From the human T2T-CHM13v2.0 reference genome, Homo sapiens, in assembly GCF_009914755.1 (NCBI RefSeq), contig NC_060925.1: a stretch of 64,000 nucleotides of DNA; one strand, given 5' to 3'. How positions within the stretch are numbered: the stretch's first letter is position 1; the number at the start of each line of letters is the position of its first letter. Shown here piece after piece: positions 49,297 through 64,000 of the stretch. Made by a program: the position numbers and the translations under genes. The notes under the pieces are model-generated. The model did not search any database. It saw nothing but the letters and a program-made list of their open reading frames with translations, and was not told the origin of the DNA.

Positions 49297-50379
49297 AGAA
49301 GTGGCCTAGGGAATGCCAATGTAGATCATTTCTGAAAACGTGGGTTTATAGGTACATCAGTGTTACTATCTATTAAAATGGAATTCTGGACCAAAGATAA
49401 AGAAATGGTGTCTCTGATAAATATCATCTATTTTTGGTTTATTAAATGCCTGATTGGTCTTTGAGTTTCTAATCCTTTTCAACTTTAGAAACTCATATTT
49501 TAGCTCATCTAATAATTCTAGAGTAACTGTAGAATCCACATATTACCACCAAGGCTTTCCATCAATTGATGCAGGAATCTCTCAATGGGATCATTTGCAA
49601 GTCAAATGAATGTATACATATGCTATCACTGTTGGTTTGTACTGAAGAGAGAAGGTTGTGAGATGCAGACTGTTTATAGCCATCAAATAAGATGTCTGTG
49701 TCAAATCCTTGCTTGCCCTTACTAACTTGGTATGTTTTACCACATCTGATTGTGGATGTTCAATGCTGATCTCAAAATCTGGTGTTTGTAGGGTTATGGT
49801 TTCAATTAAAACCAGTTCTTGAGTCTGTTGAAAGTAAGTACCACATTTAGTATCCAGCACTGTAGGGAGTGAAGACAAGCATGTGCTACTTTAATAACAT
49901 GTTCAAGTTTCTGAGCCTGTTCCTCCCCTTTCACTGCCAAAGAATTACATGGTTGACAGTATTACCCACACTCCTCACAGAAGTATTTGTTTCCTCTAAA
50001 GAGAGCTCAATTTTCATCTTCCTTTAGTGCAACACTGATACCCAGCACTCTTCCAAAGTTTCTGGTGAAATCCACTAATTCATTCACATTGCCTCCTAGT
50101 CAGTCTGCAGACATTTTACTCCATCAAGGATTCCTACTGAATTTAGTGAAAGAATAGTACATACAAACAATTGCAGTGTTTACTGTAAGCTGAGAGACAT
50201 TGAGATGCTATCCAATGTCTTGGATGAGGTTGGCCACCTGCTGGCAGTATGGGACCTCTTTATCGACCTGCACTTCACAGTGGCTACTTGGCCTGCTTTC
50301 CAGCTGTTCCCTAGTAAGAGCCAATGAGAAGAAGCTCCACGCCTGGCACCATGACACTTCTTCCTCCCCACAAATTATA

Positions 50380-54100
<3,721 letters not shown>

Positions 54101-56112
54101 CCATACTCAAAAAAAATTGAGAGGGCTTAATTGCACAGGTGAACAGGCTAGTGTGAGACCTAGGTTGGACAGGTTGGTCCAGTAAGGATGTAGCATCAGA
54201 GAGGGCTCCCCCAAAGCCCATCGGCAGACCTGGTGAGGGAGTGATCTCTCTCATCCTTAAACCACAGTACACAACTGCAAATGCAAAGATGCACAAAGGA
54301 GCCATGTGGCTGAGTAAGAGCTTATCTACTGCTCATCACCGTCAACTGCCATATACTAAAACACAGCCCAAACTACAAAGTCAAAAATCACTTTACTAAT
54401 TTTACCCCCTATGAAACCAAGAGCAAGAATTCTACAACAAAGAAAGACCCTGTACAGAGCCTTAGTCCTCTGAAAACTTCCAGAAATGAAGTCAACAGAT
54501 GAAACTCAATTTACACCTCAATTAAAGGAATATCAGCCCTCCCAGATGAGCAAGAATCAGCACAAGAACTCTGGCAATTCAAAAAGCCAGAGTGATCCCT
54601 TACCTACAAATGAGCCCACTGGCACCCCAGCAATGGTTCTTAACCAGTTTGAATTGTCTGAAATGACAGACAAGGAATTCTGAATCTGGATGGCAAGGAA
54701 GTTCATTGAGATTGAGGAGAAAATTGAAACTCAATCCAAGGAAGCCAAGCAATCCAGTAAACCAATTCAAGGCTGAAAGATAAAATTCCCATTTTAAGAC
54801 TAAACCAAACTGAGCATGAGTGAAATATTGGCTACAAGAATTTCATAATACAATTGGAAGTATTGACAGCATAATAGACCAAGCTGAGAATGAATCTCTG
54901 AGCTAAAGTATGAGTTCTTTGAGTCAGCACAGTCAGACAAAAATAAAAATAAATAAGAAAAATGAAAAAATTCTATGAGAAATATGGGATTATATAAAGA
55001 GACCAAATGACTTAGCATCATTTCTGAGAGAGAAGGAGAGAGAATAAGCTACATGGAAAATATATTTTAGGATACAGTTCATAAAAATTTCCCTGTTCTC
55101 ACTAGAGAGGTCAATATGCAAATCTAAGAAATACGGAGAACCCCAGCCAGATACTATACAAGATGACCATTCCCAAGGCACATAGTCATTAGATTCACCA
55201 AGGTCAATGCAAAACAAAAAACTATAAAAACAACTAGAGAGAATGGGGCAGGTCACCTACAGAAAAAAAACCCATCAGGCTAGCAGCAGATTTCTCAGCA
55301 GAAATCTTACAAACCAGATAAGATTAGAGGCCTATTTTTAGTGTCCTTAAAGAAATTCCAACCAAGAATTTCATGTCCTGCCAAACTAAGCTTCATAAGT
55401 AAAAGAGAAGTAAAATCTTTCTGTAACAAGCACGTGCTGAGGGAATACATTTCAACCAGACCAGCCATACAAGAGGTCCTTAAGGGAATACTAAATATGG
55501 ATTCAAAAGAATGACACCTGCTATCACAGAAGCACACCTAAGCCCATAGCCCACAGGCCCTATAAGGCAGCTATGCAATCAAGTTTATATAACAACCAGC
55601 TAACAACACCATGACAGGATCAAAATCACACATATCAATACTAATCTTGAATGTGAATGGGCTAAATGTCTCACTTAAAAGACAGAGAGTGGCAATCTGG
55701 ATTAAAAGACAAGACCCAATCATCTGTTATCTTCAAGAGATCCATGTCACATGTGGCAATACCCACCAGCTCAAAGTAAAAGGGTGGAGTAAGAACTACC
55801 ATGCAAACAGAAAACAAACAAACAAAAGCAGGAGTCACTATTTTTACATCAGATAAAATGGACTTTAAACTAATAAAAATTACAGACCGTAAAGGGCTTA
55901 CATAATGATAAAGGATACACTCCAACAAAAAGTTTAACTATCCTAAATATATACACCTCCAATATTGGAGCACCCAGATTCATAAAACAAGTTCTTTTAG
56001 ACCTACAAAAATACTTACACAACCACACGACAATAGTGGGAGACTTCAACACCCCACTGTCAGCATTACATATGGATCACATCAAAGCAAAAATCTAAAA
56101 AAGAAACTCTGA

Positions 56113-56429
56113 GGTTGGGCACAGTGGTTCACACCTGTAATCTCAGCCCTTCAGAAGGCTGAGGTGGGTGGATCATTTGAGCCCAGGGGTTTGAGACCAA
56201 CCTGGACAACATAACAAAGCCCTGTCTCTACAAAAAATACAAAAATTAGCAGGGCATGGTGGCATGCACCTGTAATCCCAGCTGTTGAGGAGGCTGAGGC
56301 AGGAGAATCAATTGAGCCTGGGAGGTCAAGGCTTCAGTGAACTGTCATCAGGCCACTGCTCTCCTGCCTGGGCAGAAGAGTGACACCCCAGCTCAAAAAT
56401 AAATATATAAATAAATAAAATAAACAAAT
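56113..56429 (+). mobile_element. AluJ SINE
   Basis: TSD aagaaact(c/t)tg at 56101-56111 and 56430-56440. Confidence 0.92.
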
Positions 56430-58297
56430 AAGAAACTTTGGACTTAAACTCAACACTTGCCCAATTGGATCTAATAGACATATACAGAACACTCCACCCA
56501 ACAAACACAGAATATACAGTCTTCTCTTCTGCACATTGAATATATTCTAAGATTGACCATATGCTTGGTCATAAAGCAAGCCTTAATACATTCAAAAAAA
56601 TTCAAATCATACAAAGCACACTCTCAGACCACAGTGCAATAAAAATAGAAATCAATACCAAGAATATTTCTCAAAACTACACAAATACATGGAAATTAAA
56701 CAACTTACTAATGAATAACTCCTGGGGAAACATGAAAATCAAGGAAGAAATAAAAAAAAATTCTTTTAAATCAATGAAAATAAGGACACAAAAATACAAA
56801 AAAATCTGTGGGATGCAGCCAAAGCTGTGTTAACAGGAAAGTTTATAGAGCTAAATGCCTTCATCAAGAAGTTAGAAAGGTGCAATCTAATTTTGCACCT
56901 TAAGGAAATATTTTTTTAAAAAAAGAGCAAACCAATCCCAAAGCAACCAGAGGAAAAGAAATAACTAAAATTAGATAATAACGTAATGAAATTGAGATGC
57001 AAAAATCCATACAAAAGATCAATGAAACCAACAGCTGGGTCTTGAAAAAATAAATAATATCGATAAACCCCTAACTAGATCAACAAAGAAAAAGAAAATC
57101 CAAATAAGCACAATCAGATGTAACACATGTGATATTATAACTGATCCCACAAAAATACAAAAGATCCTCAGAGAAACTATGAACCACTCTATGCAGACAA
57201 ATTAGAAAATCTAGAGAAAATAATAAATTCCTTGAGGCACACAATCTCCCAAGATTGAATCTGGAAGAGATTGAAACCCTGATTAGACCAAAGTCAACTT
57301 TTGAAATTGAATCAGTAATAAAGAACATGACAACAGCAACAAAAAAGCCCCATACTGGATGGATCCACAACCAAATTCCACCAGATGTACAAAGAAGAAC
57401 TGATACCAATTATACTAAAACTATTTCGAAAGAATGAGGAGGAGGTCCTCCTCCCTAATTTATTCTATGAAGCCAGCATCACCCTGATACCAAAATCTGG
57501 CAGAGATGCAACGAAAAAATAAAACTCTAGACCAACATCCCTCAGGAACACAGATGCAAAAGTCCTCATCAAAATACTAGCCAGTCAAATTCAGCAGCAC
57601 ATTAAAAAGTTAATCCAGCAAATAAATTGGCTTTATTCCTGGGATGCAAGCTAGTTTAATATACACAAATCAATAAATGCCAGTTACCACATAAACAGAA
57701 TCAAAAGCAAAAGCCACATGATCATCTCAATAGAAGCAGAGAAAGCTCTTGATAATATCCAACATCTCTTTATGATAAAAAGCCTCAATAAACTAGACAT
57801 TGACAGAACATACGTCAAAATACTAAGAGCCATCTATAACAAACCCACAGCCAACCTTATCCTGAATGAGCAAAAGCTCAAATCATTCCCCTAGAGAACT
57901 GGAACAAGACAATGATGCCCACTCTCACCACTCCTATTTAACATATTACTGAAAGTCCTAGTCAGAGCAATCAGACAAAAGAAAGAAAAAGCATCCAATT
58001 AGGAAAAGAAGAAGTCAAACTATCTCTCTTCACTGATATTATTGTATACCTAGAAAATCCTAAAGACTCTACCAAAAAGCTTCTAGAGTTGATAAAAAGT
58101 TTCAGGATACAAAATCAATGTACAAAAATTAGTAGCATTTCTATATACCAACAACACCCAGGCTGAGAGCCAAATCAAGGACAAAATTTCACTTGCGATA
58201 GCCACACAAAAAAGAAATACCTAGAAATACACCTAACAAAGGGAGTGAAAGATCTCTAAAAGGAGAACTACAAAACACGCATGAAAGAAATCAGAGA

Positions 58298-58701
<404 letters not shown>

Positions 58702-59879
58702 TCAATGATATTCTTAACAAACTACCAATATTATTCTTGACAAAATTAGAAAAACTATTCTAAAATTTATATGGATCCACAAGAGCCTAAATAGATAGAG
58801 CAATCCTAAGCAAAAAGAGTAAAGCCAGAGACATAACATTACCTGACTTTATACTATAAAGCCACAGTTACCAAAACTGCTTGGTAGTAGTACAAACACA
58901 GACATAATGGGACAAAATAGAAAATGAGAAATAATGCTGCACACCTACAGCTATCTGATCTTCAACAAGGCCAACAAAAACAAGCAAAGGGGAAGGGACT
59001 CCAAGTCAATAAATGGTGCTTGGATAACTGGCTAGCAGAAGATTGAAAATGGATCCATATCTTTTCCCTTTCACCAGATACAAAAATTAATTAAAAATAG
59101 ATTAAGAATGTAAATGCAAGACTTCAAACCATAAATATCCTAGAAGAAAATCTAGGAAATACTCTTTTCAACATTAGCCTTGGGAAAGAATTTCTGGCTA
59201 AGTCCCCAAAAGCTACTGCAACAAAATAAAGCAAAAAAGACAAGTGGGACCTAATTAAACTAAAGAGCCTTTTCACATCGAAAGAAACTATAAACAGAGT
59301 AAAAAGACAATCTGCAGAATGAGAGAAAATATTTGCAAGCTATGCATCCAAATAAGGTTTAATGTGTAGAATCTATAAGGAACTTAACAACTGATTAAAA
59401 AAAAATTAACCCCATTAGAAAGTGGGCAAAGGACATTAACAGACACCTCAAAAGTGGCCAAGAAACATGAAAAAATGCTCAGCATCACTAGTCACCAGAA
59501 AAAAATGCAAATCAAAACCACAAGAGATGCCATCTCTCACCAGTAGAAAAACTATTATTTAAAAGGCAAAAAATAACAGGTCTTGTTAAGGTTGCAGGGA
59601 AAAGGGAACGCTTATACACTGCTGTTGGGAATGTATATTAGTTCAGCCACTGTGGAAAGCAATGTGGTGATTTTTCACAGAACATAAAACAGAATTACCA
59701 TTCAATGCAGCAATCACATTATTGGGCATATACCCAAAGGTATATATAAATTGTTCTACCATAAAGATACATGCACCCATATGTTAATTGCTGCAACATT
59801 CATAATAGCAAAGACATGGAATCAACGCAGATGCTCATCAATGGTAGACTGGATAAAGAAAATGTGGTAAAAGACATAG

Positions 59880-60538
59880 GGTGGGGCAAGATGGTGAAAC
59901 AGAAGGCCCCACTGACCATCACCCTGCAGGAACGCCAAATTAAACAACCATCTACACAAAAAAAGCACCCTTCATAAGAACAAAAAATCAGGTGAGCACT
60001 CACAGTACCTGATTTTAACTTCACGTCACTAAAGGCACTGAAGATGGTAAACAAGGTAGTCTTGAATTGTCCATTCCACCCCTCCCCCACTCCTCCTGCA
60101 GAGGCCGCAGGTCATGGAGAAAGCTGTGCATGGGGGAGATAAAGAGTGCAGTAATCGAGACTTTGCATTCAACTCAGTGCTGCCCTGTCACAGGGGAAAG
60201 TAAAACCATGCTGATCTAAGCTGATACTTGCCCATGGAGAAAGAACTTAAACCAGCTCTAGCCAGGGGGATATCACCCATCCCAGTAGTCAGAACTTAAA
60301 TTCTGGCATGCCTCACTACCATGAGCTGAAATGCTCTGGGGCTGTAAATGAACTTAAAGGGCAGTCTATGGCACAAAATTTGCAATTCCTGGGCAAGTCC
60401 TACTGCAGAGAAAAGCTCAAAGCCAGCGGACTTCTGAGGCATATGATTTACTGAGACACCAAAGAGAACAGCTAAAGGAGTGCTTTCACCACTCATCCCC
60501 ACAACCCAGGCAGCACAGCTCATGGCTCCAAAGAGAAG
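59880..60538 (+). mobile_element. L1M1/L1MA 5'UTR fragment
   Basis: ggggcaagatgg 5' terminus; aaaaatcaggtgagcactcacagtacctg. Confidence 0.8.
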
Positions 60539-62338
60539 GGTCCAATTCAGCAAAAAAAGCTAACTATCCTAAATATATATGCACCCAATACAGGAGCACT
60601 GAGATTCATAAAGCAAATTCTTAGATACCTACAAAGAGACTTACACTCCTACACAATAATAGTGGGAGATTTTAACACCCCACTGTCAATATTAGACAGG
60701 TAACTGAGACAGAAACTTAACAAAGATATCAAGGCCCGAACTCAGCTCTGGATCAAGTGGACCTGATAGATATCTACAGAACTCTTCACACAAAAACGAC
60801 AAAATATGCATTCCTCTCATCACCACATGGCACTTACTCTAAAACTGATCACATAATCATAAGTAAAACACTCCTCAGCAAATGTAAAAGAACTGAAATC
60901 ATAACAAATAGTCCCTCAGACCACAGCACAATCAAATTAGAACTCAAAATTAAGAAATTCACTCAAAACCACACAACTACATGGAAATTGAGTAATCTGC
61001 TCCTGAATGACTATTGGGTAAACAATGAAATTAAGGTAGAAATCAAGTTCTTTAATACTAATGAGAACAAAGAGACAACATATCAGAATCACTGGGACAC
61101 AGCTAAAGCAGTATTAAGGAGAAAATTTATAGCACTAAATGCCACATCACAAAGCTAAAAAGATCTTAAGTTAACAACCTAACATCACAACTAAAAGAAC
61201 TAGAGAACAAAGAGCAAACAAACCCAAAGCCAGCAGAAGTCAAGAAATAACCAAGATTAGAGCTGAACTGAAAGCGATGGAGACACAAAAAGCCCTTCAA
61301 AAAATCAACAAATCGAGGAGCTGCTTAATAATTTTAAAAATTAATAAGATAGACTTCTAGCTAGACTAATAAAGAAGACAAGAGAGAATGATCAAATAAA
61401 CACAATCAGAAATGATAAAGGGGATAGTACCACTGACCCCACAGAAATATAAACAACCATCAGAGAATAAAATAAACACCTCTATGAACATCAACTGGAA
61501 AATCTAGGAGAAATGGATGAATTCCTGAACACATAAACTCTCCCAAGACTGAACCAGGAAGAAATTTAATCCCTGTATAGACCAATAATGAGTTCTGAAG
61601 TCGAGGCAGTAATAAACAACCTGCCAACCAAAAACACCCAAGACCAGACAGATTCACAGCAGAATTCTACCAGAGGTACAAAGAAGAGCTGATATTATTT
61701 CTACTGAAACTATTCCAAAAAACTGAAAAGGAGGGACTCCTCCCTAACTCATTCTATGAAGTGAGCATCATCCTGATACCAAAACCTGGCAAAGATACAA
61801 GAACAAAAAAAGAATACTTCAGGCCAATATCCTTGATGAACATTGATGCAAAAATCTTTAATAAAATACTGGCAAACTTAATCCAGCAGTATATCAAAAA
61901 GGTTATACGCCATGATCAAGTTGGCTTCATCCCTGGGATGCAAGGCTGGTTCAGTATATGCAAATTAATAAATGTGATTCATCGCATTAACAGAACTAAA
62001 GAAAAATAAACAACACATGATTGTTTCAACAGATGCAGAAAAGGCCTTCAACATCCCTTCATGTTAAAACTCTCAATAAACTAGGTATTGAAGAAACATA
62101 CCCCAAAATAATGAAAGTCATATATGACAAACCCACACCCAATATCATACTGAATGGGCAAAAGCTGGAAGCATTCCTCTTGAAAACCGGCACAAGATAA
62201 GGATGCCCTTTCTCACCACTCCTGTTCAACATAGTATTGGAAGTTCTGCCCAGGACAATAAGGCAAGAGGAATAAATAAAAGTGTTCAAATAGAAACAGA
62301 AAAAGTGAAATTATCTTTGTTTGCAGATGACATGACCT
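60539..62338 (+). mobile_element. L1PA ORF2 fragment (EN to RT)
   Basis: [20 protein letters not shown]; LSLFADDM. Confidence 0.9.
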
Positions 62339-62341
62339 ACG

Positions 62342-62636
62342 TGATCATGTTTGGCTCTGTGTCTCCACCCAAATCTCATCTTGTAGCTCCCATAATTCCC
62401 ACGTGTTGTGGGAGGGACCTGCTAGGAGATGACTGAATTATGGGGGCAGGTCTTTCCCGTGCTGTTCTCCTGATAGTGAATGGGTCTCATGAGATCTGAT
62501 GGTTTTAAAAAATGGGAGCTGCCCTGCACAAGCCTTCTCTTTGCTTGCCGCCATCCATGGAAGACATGAGTTGCTCCTCCTTGCCTTCCACCATGATTGT
62601 AAGGCCTCCCCAGCCATGTGGAACTGTAAGTCCAAT
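62342..62636 (+). mobile_element. THE1B/C LTR interrupted by an ERV1
   Basis: cccaaatctcatcttgtagctccc...gtggaactgtaagtccaat. Confidence 0.9.
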
Positions 62637-63252
62637 TAATACAGGATTTATTAAGAAATAATTTCTAGGCAGCTAGAAAGGGTAAAGGTTCTTGGTGGAA
62701 ATTTTCCTGTGATAAGAACCTCCGAATCATTTATTTTCTAACAGAAAGGTGGCTTAAAGAGCTAGGCTGACAAGCTTTGATATGCAAATGCCAGCCATTA
62801 AAAACTGGGTTCACCCAATATGGCAATTCCTGCCTTCTTCTTGTCACCAGGTGTGCCAAGTGTTATGGCCACCTCCAGATAACACCATGTGTTCAGAATA
62901 TCATGGTGGCCTGCATTTGCATATTAAAAGGCTAAGGTGGGAGGGTGAGGGTTTTCATGGGCTACACGAATGACACCCCTAGTCAAACCAATCCCCTGGG
63001 CCCTATGCAAATCAGACAACGCCTTCTCCAGCCTCCAATATAACCTACCATTTTTCTGCCACACATGGGGTTCCCTTTCTTGGCTTGGAGCCCCCCTCCT
63101 TCTGTCTCTGTACAGGGGAGCTTCTTCATTCTTTCTTGCCTATTAAATACTCTCCACTCCTTAAAACCACTCCACATGTGTCCATGCCATTTTATCTAAA
63201 TCAGTGCAACTCCAAGAACCCTGGTATTCCTCCAGTCATTGGAGCCATATCA
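62637..63252 (+). mobile_element. ERV1 5' LTR (LTR9B/MER50-like)
   Basis: t(g/a)atacagga start; attaaa polyA signal; ...atatca end followed by a PBS. Confidence 0.8.
62775..62789 (+). promoter_or_regulatory. Composite SOX-OCT motif in LTR
   Basis: CTTTGATATGCAAAT; further perfect octamers at 62915-62922 (rc) and 63005-63012. Confidence 0.55.
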
Positions 63253-64000
63253 TTTTGATGCATTGGCTGGGAATTCATTCATCAGAATGGTGAGTATTAG
63301 GAGTGAATCTTAACCTCAAATCTGTCCTTTACTCTTGACCCTCTCTTCCTGCTATCTTGTTGCCAAACTTTCTTTCTCTTTCTATCTGTGCTCTCTTACT
63401 CTCTCTGTATGACATGTATGGAATTTTTACAGTTCAGGGAAACAGGTCTGTTAGGAAAGATCGCAAATTGTGGCAGGCAGTAACTCAATAAACATCTCTC
63501 TCTCTCTCTATGTTTTCTCTGTCAAGAACATGGTATTTCTAAGCCAACAGTGCCTAAATTAATTCATTAGTAAGGAGATTTTAAGTATGGAAGTTAACCG
63601 GAACCATGTTTCTAAGGGTAAATGCTTTAGCATGGGCCATAATAAGCAGCCAATCTAGCACATTGCCACATTAAAGGAGCCTTGCCCAAAAGTGACACAG
63701 TCTCTCTGGAGATCTGTTTTTCAGGGAGCCAGGCAGATCACACAGGTTTAGGAATTCAAAGGGGAATCACATGAGGCAGATAAACTAAGGCTGCATGGGT
63801 AAAGCGTGGTTAGTCTCATCACTCAGTTCATCCAGTTCCATGGCTTGGCGGACCACGCCTTCAACCATGGGCAGCACATTTAACATGGTGCTGGAATCCA
63901 GGAACCAGGGAGGGAAAACAGTTGGAGGATGCTCCCACAGTCTCCTTTTCTACCCTGGGTCATATGGAAAGGAAGGAGACTAAGAGGACACTTTTATTCT
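63253..64000 (+). mobile_element. ERV1 internal leader with tRNA-Gly PBS (runs off the window)
   Basis: tgatgcattggctgggaa at 63256-63273 (16/18 to TGGTGCATTGGCCGGGAA); splice donor atg|gtgagt near 63290. Confidence 0.75.

Overview
Primate (human-like) genomic DNA, almost entirely nested interspersed repeats (L1, Alu, LTR/ERV, DNA transposon relics), with no intact protein-coding gene visible. Main contents: (1) a decayed processed pseudogene of cyclin T2 (CCNT2, minus strand, ~42450-50370), split by a near full-length L1PA and carrying an extra ~164-nt stop-containing exon between CDS codons ~80 and 81; (2) a fragmented class III (ERV-L-like) provirus (~15677-28600, minus) with recognisable PR-RT-RH-IN and a gamma-type env whose apparent SU is very long; (3) an ERV1 (MER39/MER34-like) provirus whose 5' LTR is split by a full-length L1MA2 carrying a ~0.9 kb 3' transduction; (4) small retroposition fossils: a tailless tRNA-Gln 5'-half retrocopy, an orphan polyadenylated insert and templated inverted duplications; (5) an ERV1 LTR with a SOX-OCT element and three octamers near the window end. 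I see no evidence of a new functional system: the notable signals are molecular fossils. Repeat subfamily names and the CCNT2/tRNA/HERV-L comparisons come from recalled sequences and need RepeatMasker/Dfam/BLAST confirmation.
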